Shown here one piece after another: positions 28,591 to 38,614 of a stretch of DNA of 64,000 nucleotides. The stretch's first letter is position 1. Each line of letters opens with the position of its first letter. The DNA is taken from positions 28,064-92,063 of the forward strand of contig JAPOKN010000001.1 in NCBI GenBank assembly GCA_029977605.1. The letters run 5' to 3'. Source of the DNA: Methanobacteriota archaeon (GTDB lineage Archaea; Thermoplasmatota; Poseidoniia; MGIII; CG-Epi1). The notes below the pieces were generated by a model. It saw only the letters and a program-made list of their open reading frames with translations, was not told where the DNA came from and searched no databases. The position numbers were made by a program, and so were the translations under genes.

Positions 28591-29355
28591 TTATACGATT
28601 GATATCCTTAGTGCTAGTAATAGTGTAGTAGTAGCTATGAACATATACATTGGCATTCGCCATATAGCAGTCTTAGTTGTTTGTAAGATTACAGATTGCA
28701 TCCAAACACCTCCAGCTCCTAATACCATCATGTAGAAAAATAAGGATTGGTTCAATAAACTTAGGTCAACGTTAAGCTCGAATGAACCCGCTTTTCCGCT
28801 TCCAAATACTGAGACAATTAATCCTAGTAAGATGGGACAGATGACTGCACCACCCCATAGAATGAAATTAGCAGTACTTTGTGTTTTTGTAATTCTTTCT
28901 TTTCTGAGCATGTAAATTTCCCAGAATTCTTCAGAGATATTTTCAAGAGTAGTTGCAAAGCTTCCAGATGAACCAAGTGCCACATTCAATATACTTACAA
29001 TCCTTATAATCATTGGAGATTCAGTTTGTTTTGCAAAGTCTCTCATTGCCATACCGAATCCATCATCTCTCATTCTCTTCACGGCTTCACGGAGAAATTT
29101 ACCCATTCGATCATTTCTTCCAGATGCAATAGCATCTAAGGCAGATTCAACACCCATACCAGCACGTAATTCTTCAGCTAAATCAGCTAAGACATCAGGC
29201 CACACAGCTTCTAATTCATTAATTTTATCTTGTTTTCTTTTAGCAGGAATGTAGAAAAAAGTTCCAATAAGGGCCCAAACGCCTAATCCTACCCAAATGA
29301 TACCATGCAATGATGATAATCCATCACCACTCACTATGTCTTCTAACAAGCTCAT
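28591..29355 (-). CDS. T2SS-F (TadB-like) membrane protein
   Basis: WPDVLADLAEELRAGMGVESAL, SGSFATTLENISEE; TM helices; next to the ATPase. Confidence 0.82.
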   Translation of the reverse strand: MSLLEDIVSGDGLSSLHGIIWVGLGVWALIGTFFYIPAKRKQDKINELEAVWPDVLADLAEELRAGMGVESALDAIASGRNDRMGKFLREAVKRMRDDGFGMAMRDFAKQTESPMIIRIVSILNVALGSSGSFATTLENISEEFWEIYMLRKERITKTQSTANFILWGGAVICPILLGLIVSVFGSGKAGSFELNVDLSLLNQSLFFYMMVLGAGGVWMQSVILQTTKTAIWRMPMYMFIATTTLLLALRISIV

Positions 29356-29927
29356 ACTCCAGGCTCCTTTGCTTTAGTTTGAACGATCATTCCAGCTATA
29401 ATTATGGTTGCCGTAATAAATAATGCAGGGACACAAACATCAGGCATTGTTGGGGTATTTCCTAAAAATCCTCCGCCAGAGGCTTTCGCAGATTCTACTA
29501 GTCCATTAACAACAGCACCTATTACAACAATAATAGGAATTAGTATTGAAACAATTATAAATTGTTCAGATGTTGAAGATAAACCTTCAATGAAATTATC
29601 TAAATTAACACGCCTTTCTTTAGCCTCTTTTTCAGCTATAGATCTTAATCTATCAATGACATTAGTGTCTTCTTCGATAGACATAATTAAGCTAGATAGA
29701 ACTTTTCTTAGTCCAGAGGAATCTGTATTTCGCATTTGAGTTCTAATAGCGTCACTGAAATTTTTCCCGCCTTCAGTATCTCTAAAAATTTGTTTGAAGA
29801 TTCCACTCAAATCTCCGTAGTCTTCGTCAGCAACATGTTTCATTGCCTCTGCAACACCTACGCCAGATTCTAATAGAACTTCAATTCCTCTAATGGCAAA
29901 GAGTAGTTCTTGGTCAACGGTCGCCAT
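29352..29927 (-). CDS. short T2SS-F (TadC-like) membrane protein
   Basis: LLESGVGVAEAM, DYGDLS..F, GKNFSDAI; two C-terminal TMs. Confidence 0.8.
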   Translation of the reverse strand: MATVDQELLFAIRGIEVLLESGVGVAEAMKHVADEDYGDLSGIFKQIFRDTEGGKNFSDAIRTQMRNTDSSGLRKVLSSLIMSIEEDTNVIDRLRSIAEKEAKERRVNLDNFIEGLSSTSEQFIIVSILIPIIVVIGAVVNGLVESAKASGGGFLGNTPTMPDVCVPALFITATIIIAGMIVQTKAKEPGV

Positions 29928-29946
29928 AGTATCTTAATAAAACCCC

Positions 29947-29954
29947 ATTATAAA
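29947..29954 (-). promoter_or_regulatory. TATA box (TTTATAAT) for the second pilus locus
   Basis: 27 nt before ATG 29927. Confidence 0.55.
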
Positions 29955-29965
29955 CTACTAACTTT

Positions 29966-30661
29966 CTAAATATTTGTATCTTTTAGAAAATCTCTATAAG
30001 TACTCAAGCTAACATAAAACGAAAAAACCATTGACCATTCACACAGGGCGGTCAAGTTTAGATATATACTTCTTTCAGTGTTTACGTTTGGTGGGTTATC
30101 CATTCGGTGAAAAAAATCATCCTTTTCTTCTAACATTTCTAGATTATCTAAAACGCTGAACACGGCCATCATTACATAGAAAAACCATCCAGCCATTACA
30201 GCATATTTTCTAATTTTATTATCGAGGCCACTCTTTTTCATTAGATCGTAGCTGAAACTTGCAGAGATCAGATACGTTGTGAATAAAGTGAATGCTGTAA
30301 CTCCATGTAAAACAGGAAATTCTTTCCAATTAAAACTTACCGTAATAATTCCGCATATTGATCCTACAGTAGAAATAATTCTAATTCTTTCATTTCCCTT
30401 GATATAGAATTCACCCAGTTCCTCAGCTAATGGTTTGAATAATCTGTAGATTACCTGAACTATTAGTAAAGTTCCAAACAAGCTAATACCTAGTCCAGTT
30501 GAGAAAATACTTTCTTCAGGTTCTGAAAAAGGCATTTCAGATATGATTGGTATAAATGGGGCAACTCTTCCACTGGTAGTTGATATGATGTAAGTTGCTA
30601 TTAGTGTCAATATTCCTAAAATTACACTAAATTCTAGAAGTAATTTAGCACTATTTTTCAT
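29966..30661 (-). CDS. Frag1/DRAM/Sfk1 (TMEM150)-like multi-pass membrane protein
   Basis: PFIPIISE...PEESIF, LHGVTAFTLF, C-terminal CEWSMVFSF...TYRDF. Confidence 0.68.
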   Translation of the reverse strand: MKNSAKLLLEFSVILGILTLIATYIISTTSGRVAPFIPIISEMPFSEPEESIFSTGLGISLFGTLLIVQVIYRLFKPLAEELGEFYIKGNERIRIISTVGSICGIITVSFNWKEFPVLHGVTAFTLFTTYLISASFSYDLMKKSGLDNKIRKYAVMAGWFFYVMMAVFSVLDNLEMLEEKDDFFHRMDNPPNVNTERSIYLNLTALCEWSMVFSFYVSLSTYRDFLKDTNI

Positions 30662-33350
30662 TTAGTACCGCTTGTGCAGCAGCCAATCTAGCAATTGGAA
30701 CCCTAAAAGGTGAACACGAAACATAATCCATTCCTACTCCATGGCAAAAGTGAACTGATTTTGGCTCTCCACCATGTTCACCACAAATTCCAACTTTAAG
30801 ATCGGGTTTTGTTTTACGGCCTCTTTCAATTCCCATCTTGACCAGTTCACAAACACCTTCATCTAGACTTGCAAAAGGATCTTCAGGCAATAATTCGTTC
30901 TCTAAATACGCTGGCATAAATCCACCAGTGTCGTCACGACTGAATCCAAAAGCCATTTGTGTCAAATCATTAGTTCCAAATGAAAAGAATTCTGCAGTTT
31001 CAGCTATTCTATCAGCTACAAAACTTGCTCTCGGAATTTCCATCATTGTTCCAACCATGTAATTATCTAATCCTTTAATGTTACTAGCTACATTCCTAAC
31101 TATCTTTTCTTGGTGATTATATTCGGTTTCCATTCCAGTCAGAGGAATCATAATTTCAGGGAAAGTTTTTACATTTTCACCTGAAAGTTCAGCTGCAGCT
31201 TCTAAAATAGCTCTGGCTTGCATTTCTGTTATCTCAGGATGTGTTATTCCTAACCTTACACCTCGGTGCCCCATCATAGGATTTGATTCTTTAAGCGCAT
31301 CAGACCTTCGTTCCAATTCTTGAGCATTTATTCCTAGTGCTTTGGCAAGCTTTTTCTGTCTCTTAATATCATGAGGAATAAATTCATGCAGTGGTGGATC
31401 CATTAGTCTAATAGTAACAGGAAGACCTTGCATAGCTCTTAATGTCTCTTTGATATCATTTTTCATGAAAGGGAACAACAAATCTAAAGCAGTTTTTCTT
31501 TCTTCTTGACTATTTGCCATAATCATCTCTTGAAGGTGGAAAAGAGGATCTTCAGATCCTTCACCATAGAACATATGTTCTATTCTGAAAAGTCCAATTC
31601 CTTCAGCTCCAAAGTCTAATGCTCTTTTCGCATCGGATGGAGTCTCAGCATTGGTTCTTACCTTTAACCTTCTAACCTTGTCACAAAGCTCTAAGAAATG
31701 TGTCAAATAATCGCTTGTAATATCCGTTTCAATTAATGGTAATTCATCTTTGTAGACTTTACCTGCAGTTCCATTTAGTGTAATTTCATCACCTTCATTC
31801 ACAGTCACATCACCTACAGTAAATTCTTTTTTAATTGAGTCAACTTTCATCTCACCAGCTCCAACAACACAACACATTCCCCAACCTCTTGCAACTAAAG
31901 CGGCATGTGAAGTCATTCCTCCACGTGAAGTCAATATTGCTACAGAAGCTCGCATTCCTTCAACATCTTCAGGATTAGTTTCTTCTCTGACTAGTACAAC
32001 TTTTTCGCCCTTTGCAGCCCAATCCACAGCATCTTGAGCAGTAAAAACGGCTTTTCCTGTAGCTCCACCAGGACCTGCAGGTAAACCTTTTGCTAAAATT
32101 GGAGTAATTTTTTCTACATCTGGGTCAACAATAGGATGAAGCAACTCGTCTAATTGTGATGGTGTAACTCTTCCAATTGCAGTATTTCCATCTATCCTTT
32201 TTTCTTTAACCATTTCAGAAGCCATACGAATAGCAGCGGGGCCATTACGTTTTCCAATTCGGCATTGAAGCATCCAAAGTTTTCCTGTTTGGATAGTAAA
32301 TTCAATATCCATCATATCACTGTAATGGTCTTCAAGATTTAGTCTAATTGTATTCAATTCATCATATAAATGTGGTACAGCCTGCTCTAAGCTTGGCAAA
32401 TCTCCACTGTGCTCAGTTCTACATATTTCATTTAATGGATTTGGAGTTCTAATCCCAGCAACAACGTCTTCACCTTGAGCTTTAGATAGCCATTCTCCGT
32501 AAAAATTATTTTCGCCAGTTGCAGGATTTCTAGTAAATGCAACACCTGTAGCACTATCTTCGCCTAGATTTCCATATACCATTGCTTGAACATTTACAGC
32601 AGTGCCCCATTCTTCAGGAATATTCTCAATTTTTCTGTAAGCCTTTGCTCTTTTTCCATCCCAAGAGTAGAAGACTGCAGACACAGCGCCCCAAAGTTGT
32701 TCCCATGGATCTTCAGGAAATGGTTTTTTGAGTACTTCCAACACTTTTCCCTTGTAAATTTCGACTAAATCTTTTAAGTTAGATGCCGATAAATCAGTAT
32801 CTTCAGTTACACCCTCTTGTTCTTTCATTTTTTCCAATTCATGTTCTAATTGATTACGAATTCCCATCCCCTCTTCAGGTTCTATGCCTGAAGCTTTTTC
32901 CATTACAACATCGGAATACATTTGAATTAGTCTCCTCTGAGCATCGTATACAAATCTTGGATCTCCGCTTTGAGCAATAAGCCCTTCTCGTGTAACGTCG
33001 TTTAATCCTACATTGAGAACAGTTTCCATCATACCAGGCATTGATGTTCTAGCTCCGGATCTTACAGATAGGAGCAAAGGATTTTCAGAATCTCCAAAAA
33101 TAGTTCCTACATTATCTTCAACATCTTTCAACGCATTTTTTAGTTGACCATCGAGTTCTTCTGGATAAGTTTGATTATTTTCATTATAGAAAGTACATAC
33201 TTCAGTAGTAATAGTACAGCCAGGAGGAACAGGTATTTTCAGTAGGGCCATTTCAGCTAAATTTGCTCCTTTTCCACCTAACAAATTTTTCATGTCAGCT
33301 TTGCCATCGGTCATGTTTGGACCGAAACGATAAACGTGCATTTCGCTCAT
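30651..33350 (-). CDS. ppdK: pyruvate phosphate dikinase
   Basis: LGGKGANLAEM, SVRSGA..SMPGMM, GGMTSHAA, FSFGTNDLTQ, GICGEHGG. Confidence 0.98.
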   Translation of the reverse strand: MSEMHVYRFGPNMTDGKADMKNLLGGKGANLAEMALLKIPVPPGCTITTEVCTFYNENNQTYPEELDGQLKNALKDVEDNVGTIFGDSENPLLLSVRSGARTSMPGMMETVLNVGLNDVTREGLIAQSGDPRFVYDAQRRLIQMYSDVVMEKASGIEPEEGMGIRNQLEHELEKMKEQEGVTEDTDLSASNLKDLVEIYKGKVLEVLKKPFPEDPWEQLWGAVSAVFYSWDGKRAKAYRKIENIPEEWGTAVNVQAMVYGNLGEDSATGVAFTRNPATGENNFYGEWLSKAQGEDVVAGIRTPNPLNEICRTEHSGDLPSLEQAVPHLYDELNTIRLNLEDHYSDMMDIEFTIQTGKLWMLQCRIGKRNGPAAIRMASEMVKEKRIDGNTAIGRVTPSQLDELLHPIVDPDVEKITPILAKGLPAGPGGATGKAVFTAQDAVDWAAKGEKVVLVREETNPEDVEGMRASVAILTSRGGMTSHAALVARGWGMCCVVGAGEMKVDSIKKEFTVGDVTVNEGDEITLNGTAGKVYKDELPLIETDITSDYLTHFLELCDKVRRLKVRTNAETPSDAKRALDFGAEGIGLFRIEHMFYGEGSEDPLFHLQEMIMANSQEERKTALDLLFPFMKNDIKETLRAMQGLPVTIRLMDPPLHEFIPHDIKRQKKLAKALGINAQELERRSDALKESNPMMGHRGVRLGITHPEITEMQARAILEAAAELSGENVKTFPEIMIPLTGMETEYNHQEKIVRNVASNIKGLDNYMVGTMMEIPRASFVADRIAETAEFFSFGTNDLTQMAFGFSRDDTGGFMPAYLENELLPEDPFASLDEGVCELVKMGIERGRKTKPDLKVGICGEHGGEPKSVHFCHGVGMDYVSCSPFRVPIARLAAAQAVLNEK

Positions 33351-33394
33351 TCTTACTCAATACACTAGCGAATAGGTATAAATTCTCTTTCTCT

Positions 33395-33820
33395 TTATTC
33401 TATAGGGTCATGAAGCTTACCAATTAAAGGCCAACCATGCCACAATAATCGTTCGTCTAATTCAATTAATATTTTGTATATCTCATCATATCCTTCAACA
33501 ACATGCTCAATTAGACATGGTTTACATTCATCACTTAGCCATTTTTCTATTAATTCCGAATTCCCAACTTCCATTATCTTTGCCATTTCGCTCATCTCTT
33601 TGAGTCTAATTTGCAAATGATTAAGGAAAATTTCAGAATTCTTTAAAGCCATAGTCAAATGTAGAAATCTTAACTTTTCGTCCTCAACAATTTCGACAAG
33701 ATTCTTATCTTTAGGTGCACCTTCTGCAACTAACATTCCGAGTAACTTTTTTTCACCAAATATTTCTTTTGCAGCAGCAAGTAAAAATTGCAAACTTTCC
33801 TTTTTTTTCTCTTTATTCAT
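33395..33820 (-). CDS. hypothetical helical protein with CxxC
   Basis: 141 aa ORF overlapping the upstream GTPase-like gene; CKPC. Confidence 0.6.
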   Translation of the reverse strand: MNKEKKKESLQFLLAAAKEIFGEKKLLGMLVAEGAPKDKNLVEIVEDEKLRFLHLTMALKNSEIFLNHLQIRLKEMSEMAKIMEVGNSELIEKWLSDECKPCLIEHVVEGYDEIYKILIELDERLLWHGWPLIGKLHDPIE

Positions 33821-34289
33821 ACTTGTTAGTAATATAATCTACGACTGCCATAATATCATTTTTTGAAGCTTGAGCAGTTTCTTCATCAATCACCTCTCCC
33901 ATTCCTACGCAAAATATAGTGTTGTTATTGTACTTATTCCATTCTGGAATTATTTTTTTAGTCCGGTTTAGAACAATTATCCGATTTGTATTTGGAGTAT
34001 TTCTTTCCAGATAATTCCATAGTTCAATAAAGTGAGAATCAGGTTTCTCGAGCCCATTTCCGACAACAATTTGCATGTTTGCAGCTCTAAGCCAATCTAT
34101 CCAAACTTTACCTGTAGCTGTTGGTGCATCGATTTCATAAAGCATAAGATTGTTTAATTCACAGGCGTAATCTAATAACATATCTGGTACGCTATTAGGA
34201 ACTACAAAATTTCCCCTAGGTTTAGGTAAGCTTCTCATAAAAGTGGATTTACCTGCCCCCATTGGTCCTGTAACCATTATGTATTTCAT
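33813..34289 (-). CDS. divergent small P-loop GTPase-like protein
   Basis: N-terminal IMVTGPMGAGKST; LYEID (G3-like), IIVLNR (G4-like); 158 aa. Confidence 0.6.
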   Translation of the reverse strand: MKYIMVTGPMGAGKSTFMRSLPKPRGNFVVPNSVPDMLLDYACELNNLMLYEIDAPTATGKVWIDWLRAANMQIVVGNGLEKPDSHFIELWNYLERNTPNTNRIIVLNRTKKIIPEWNKYNNNTIFCVGMGEVIDEETAQASKNDIMAVVDYITNKYE

Positions 34290-35015
34290 CTATACCGCCT
34301 CTGCACTCCAAGTTTTTACTTTAACGCCTTTACTCATATGAACCAAATCAGGTTCTAGCAAATTAGAAATACCAAGATTGTAAAACTCAGTTAGGGAATT
34401 TTTTTCAATTCTAGCTGTAGCGTCTTGAAATTCCCACGGTTCGTGACAAGTGTAAGCAATATGAGTTATATTCTTGTAGGTTACATAAAGACTATATCTT
34501 TCAAAGAGAAATTCCTCAAGACTATTCTTCTTAGCTTTTCTTAGGGGGCCGTTGGGCTTTGATTCGCCTTTGATACCAATTCCATTACTTTTTCTTCTAG
34601 ACTGCCATGAAAATCCCCCCTCAACATTTTCCTTTACTTCACCTTTTGCAAATACATAGGGAAGGCCATATGCCCAAGGAGCATACATGCTTGTAATCCT
34701 ACTTTCAGCATCTAAAGTCAGAAATAAAACGCCAGATATTCCGTTCTTTGAGACATATGTACGAATATTAAATTCAGGAAAATTTGAAATGAAAGGAACA
34801 GAAGGTAAGAATCTAGGTCTTATGTTTTCCATTCTAAATGGTATTGTTCCAACGTATGTTTTTCCATTAAACTTTTCTAATTCTAAATCTTCAGGAATAT
34901 ACTTTTCCAACAAGTGATGTTCTACTTCCCAATGCATGAATGTAAGATCTACCCAATTTTGACTTAACGCCCATCCTCTTGTTGGCATCTTGTATGGTAT
35001 ATGTTCAGTATTCAC
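34290..35015 (-). CDS. YqjF/DUF2071 family protein
   Basis: QNWVDLTFMHW, FPEFNIRTYV, GVLFLTLDA, FLFERY. Confidence 0.85.
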   Translation of the reverse strand: MNTEHIPYKMPTRGWALSQNWVDLTFMHWEVEHHLLEKYIPEDLELEKFNGKTYVGTIPFRMENIRPRFLPSVPFISNFPEFNIRTYVSKNGISGVLFLTLDAESRITSMYAPWAYGLPYVFAKGEVKENVEGGFSWQSRRKSNGIGIKGESKPNGPLRKAKKNSLEEFLFERYSLYVTYKNITHIAYTCHEPWEFQDATARIEKNSLTEFYNLGISNLLEPDLVHMSKGVKVKTWSAEAV

Positions 35016-35701
35016 CTTTTACCTTCTTTAATTGCCTTAAATATTCCCATTAAATTTTCATACTCTCCTATATTTGGATTTCCTCTTGAAACTAACCTTC
35101 TCAAAGTTGTTCTTGAGCGATTCAATCTTCTTTCAGGATAGCTACTATTTTCAAGTAAGTCCATGATTCTGTCTACTAATCGTTCAAATTCTTCTTGTGA
35201 AACGGATTTTTGTTTCTTTAAGCTTTTTATTTTTTCATTCCTCTTAACTTCATAAAGTACGATCCCTACAGCATGAGACAAATTTAGAATAGGATAATCT
35301 GAATTTGTGGGTATAGTTATAGTAGCTTCACAGAGCGCCAGTTCTTCTCTATAAAGCCCGTGATTTTCTCTACCAAATAAAAGTGCAGGATTTTCTCTAT
35401 CGGAAATTATTTCGTTAATTTTTTTAACATCTTGAGGAGCTCTAAACCATCTTTTGTCGCCTTCGGGTCTTATGCCACTAGTTCCAATTGCAATATCACA
35501 ATCGGCTATTGCTTCTTCGATGGTGCCATATCTTTTTGATTTCTCAAGAATGGGCCTTCCAGATTTAGATCTAGCATAACTTTCATCGGCTAATTCACAA
35601 CCTTTTACCATCGCTAAATCGTTCAATCCAAAATTTGCCATAGCTCTAGCTACGGCCCCTATATTTCCCGGATGTTGAGGTTCAACTAGTACAATTCTCA
35701 A
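35012..35701 (-). CDS. trmJ: tRNA (cytidine/uridine-32-2'-O)-methyltransferase, SPOUT TrmJ family
   Basis: VLVEPQHPGNIGAVARAMANFG, LFGRENHGL, YPILNLSHAV. Confidence 0.9.
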   Translation of the reverse strand: MRIVLVEPQHPGNIGAVARAMANFGLNDLAMVKGCELADESYARSKSGRPILEKSKRYGTIEEAIADCDIAIGTSGIRPEGDKRWFRAPQDVKKINEIISDRENPALLFGRENHGLYREELALCEATITIPTNSDYPILNLSHAVGIVLYEVKRNEKIKSLKKQKSVSQEEFERLVDRIMDLLENSSYPERRLNRSRTTLRRLVSRGNPNIGEYENLMGIFKAIKEGKR

Positions 35702-35778
35702 AGTTAGCCAAAGGAGGACTTTTAGATAACTTTCGTGTAATGAAATAATTAATATCAGCTCGGCATGGAGATTATAGA

Positions 35779-36897
35779 ATGGTAGAACTTTACATTATAT
35801 TGAGTTTGGTGATTGGAATAGGAATAGGCTATGTAATCGCAAATAAAAATAATAATTCAAGCGATGACGGCATTGATTCTATTAAAAAGGAAATGGAAAA
35901 TACATTCAAAGCTTTAGCTTTAGATGTTAATAAATCAAATACCGAAGAATTTTTCAAGCTGGCAAATGATAAATTTCAAGGATTAAGTAAAGAATCAGAT
36001 ACGAATTTAGAGAATAAGAAAAAATTAATTGATGAGAATTTAAATGAGATGTCTAAAAGGTTGAAGTCTATAGAAGATGCCTCCATCAAGCTTAATGAAA
36101 ATTTAGAATCTACTAATACTCAAACTAAAGATTTGACTAAGACAACGATCAAACTTCGTGAAATATTGTCATCATCGCAAAAGCGAGGACAATGGGGGGA
36201 GAGAATTGTTGAAGATATTCTGAATGTTATAGGGCTTATGGAAGGTGTAAATTATACTAAGCAAGGAGTTGTCGAATCTGGTGAACGTCCAGATTTCACA
36301 TTTAAACTACCTAAAGAAAAAATAATTAACATGGATGTAAAATTTCCTTTAGCCCATTACGAGAAATATATTGATTCAGAAGATGAACAAATCCGTAATT
36401 CTGAAAAAACTGCCTTTCTAAGAGATGTTAAGAAGCATGTTAAAGATATAACAAAACGTAGCTATATTGACCCTTCATCAGGGACTTTAGATTACGTACT
36501 AATGTTGGTTCCAAATGAATCAATTTATTCATTCATTAATAAGGAAGATAGCGCAGTTATCGATTTTGCTTTAGAAAATAAAGTTCTTCTTTGTTCACCT
36601 CTTACTCTTTATGCAATTCTTTCCTTGATTCATCAAGCAACAAGAAATTTCGCCATGGAAGAAAAAGCTACAGAAGTTATGAGTTTACTCAATACTTTCC
36701 GTCTACAGTGGTCAAAATACGTAGAGGCTATGGATAAAATGGGAAGAAGAATTGATGACGCAAAAAGAGAATTTACAAGCTTAGTCAGCACGCGTACGAA
36801 TCAATTACAGAAGCCCCTTAACAAAATAGATGACATCACTAATTTAGTTGATGATACAGGCCAAGTCACTAAACTAGAAGGTCAACAAAAGTTCTAA
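35779..36897 (+). CDS. rmuC: DNA recombination protein RmuC
   Basis: N-terminal TM plus coiled coil; RGQWGE, RPDF...IINMDVKFP, LMLVPNESI, SPLTL. Confidence 0.9.
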   Translation: MVELYIILSLVIGIGIGYVIANKNNNSSDDGIDSIKKEMENTFKALALDVNKSNTEEFFKLANDKFQGLSKESDTNLENKKKLIDENLNEMSKRLKSIEDASIKLNENLESTNTQTKDLTKTTIKLREILSSSQKRGQWGERIVEDILNVIGLMEGVNYTKQGVVESGERPDFTFKLPKEKIINMDVKFPLAHYEKYIDSEDEQIRNSEKTAFLRDVKKHVKDITKRSYIDPSSGTLDYVLMLVPNESIYSFINKEDSAVIDFALENKVLLCSPLTLYAILSLIHQATRNFAMEEKATEVMSLLNTFRLQWSKYVEAMDKMGRRIDDAKREFTSLVSTRTNQLQKPLNKIDDITNLVDDTGQVTKLEGQQKF

Positions 36898-38306
36898 AGG
36901 TCTTTCAGAGAAGCAACCAGTTCAGTCATCATTTGTTTACCATCTCCAAAGAGCATCATTGTCTTATCTTCGTAAAACAGGTCATTGTCTACTCCAGCAT
37001 ATCCGACAGATAACGATCTTTTTACCATGATGACAACTCTTGCTTTGTCAGCATCAATTATTGGCATTCCAGCTAGAGGACCTTCACCACTTCTTGCTGC
37101 AGGGTTAACTGTATCATTTGCACCAACAACAATTGCGACGTCACACTCACCCATTTCGGAATTAATATCATCCATTTCAATCAGCTTTTCGTAAGGAACA
37201 CTTGCTTCAGCTAATAGGACATTCATGTGTCCTGGCATACGGCCTGCAACAGGATGGATTCCATATTTTACTTCACAACCATTTGACTCTAAAATATCAG
37301 CAAATTCACGAACTTGGTGTTGACATTGTGATACGGCCATTCCGTATCCTGGAATAATAACACATTTAGAAATTCCATCACACACCATTGCCACTTCCTC
37401 AGGATCTGATCCAACTTTAGTCCTAGTAACTTGTTCTTTATCAGAGCCTCCAAATGATTTGAATAATACATCAATTAATTGACGATTCATTGCTTTACAC
37501 ATTATATTTGTTAAAATCAAACCAGCTGCACCTACCATAGATCCTGCAATTATCAGAACATTATTTCCGATAATGAAGCCAGTGAATGCCGCAGCTATTC
37601 CAGATAAAGAGTTTAGTAGACTTACTACAACGGGCATATCAGCGCCTCCAATAGGAAGTACGAATAATATTCCAAGAATAGATGATAGTACAATAATAGC
37701 TATAACATAATCTTGATTTCCAGGTTCCTCGATAGTCATGTAGAGGAGCCCTACGATTGAAATTAAGACCAATCCTTTAACGTAATTTAGCCATTCAGGG
37801 CCCCATGTTGGAGTTCTATACCATGTTCCAAATATTTCAACACCGCCTTTCAATTTCATCATAGCGAGTAAGCTACCCGTTAGAGTTACCCAGCCAACTA
37901 AAGCAGACAAGCCAATCGCAGTCCAAGCAACATGTAATTCTAAACCTTCAGGCAGATTATTTTCATTAATCCTTCTGAATACTTCTGATGCAGCTACCAA
38001 TGCACTTGCAGCACCTCCAAAACCATTGAACAAGGCAACCATCTCGGGCATTCCTGTCATTTGCACTCTAATCGCCATTAGATATCCAATGAATCCTCCG
38101 ATAACAAGTCCAGAGATTATAAGAATAAAATTATTTGTTTCACCAAAATCCATTTGAGCTATTGTAACCACTACAGCTACCAGCATTCCCATCGCACCAT
38201 ACAAATTTCCAGTTGGTGCAGTTCTAGGGTGGCCTAACTTCTTTAGACCCATTATGAAAAGTATTGAAGCTACAAGATATCCTATGTCCCAAACAGCCTC
38301 GTCCAT
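36894..38306 (-). CDS. pntB: NAD(P) transhydrogenase beta subunit
   Basis: IGGADMPVVVSLLNS, PGYGMAV, HPVAGRMPGHMNVLLAEA, GANDTVNP. Confidence 0.97.
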   Translation of the reverse strand: MDEAVWDIGYLVASILFIMGLKKLGHPRTAPTGNLYGAMGMLVAVVVTIAQMDFGETNNFILIISGLVIGGFIGYLMAIRVQMTGMPEMVALFNGFGGAASALVAASEVFRRINENNLPEGLELHVAWTAIGLSALVGWVTLTGSLLAMMKLKGGVEIFGTWYRTPTWGPEWLNYVKGLVLISIVGLLYMTIEEPGNQDYVIAIIVLSSILGILFVLPIGGADMPVVVSLLNSLSGIAAAFTGFIIGNNVLIIAGSMVGAAGLILTNIMCKAMNRQLIDVLFKSFGGSDKEQVTRTKVGSDPEEVAMVCDGISKCVIIPGYGMAVSQCQHQVREFADILESNGCEVKYGIHPVAGRMPGHMNVLLAEASVPYEKLIEMDDINSEMGECDVAIVVGANDTVNPAARSGEGPLAGMPIIDADKARVVIMVKRSLSVGYAGVDNDLFYEDKTMMLFGDGKQMMTELVASLKDL

Positions 38307-38614
38307 TATTTCCCTCCTCTTTTACCAGCAATCATGTTCAACATTCGGTTAGTAACAGCAAACCCTCCAACTACGTTTATTGTAGCCAAAATTAGCGCAA
38401 AAAATGCCAGCCATGCTGCAACTCCAGGATCTCCCCCGTTGAAGTCAGTATTTGAGAAAATCAAAGCTCCCACAATTGTAATTCCAGAAATTGCATTAGC
38501 TCCTGACATTAATGGAGTATGAAGAGTAGCAGGTACTTTTGTAATTAGTTCGAATCCAAGAAAAATAGCCAATATAAAAACGGTAATTGCGCCTATAAGT
38601 GTGACTAATTCCAT
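38306..38614 (-). CDS. pntAB: NAD(P) transhydrogenase alpha-2 subunit
   Basis: VPATLHTPLMSGANAISG, INVVGGFAVT.RML. Confidence 0.95.
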   Translation of the reverse strand: MELVTLIGAITVFILAIFLGFELITKVPATLHTPLMSGANAISGITIVGALIFSNTDFNGGDPGVAAWLAFFALILATINVVGGFAVTNRMLNMIAGKRGGK

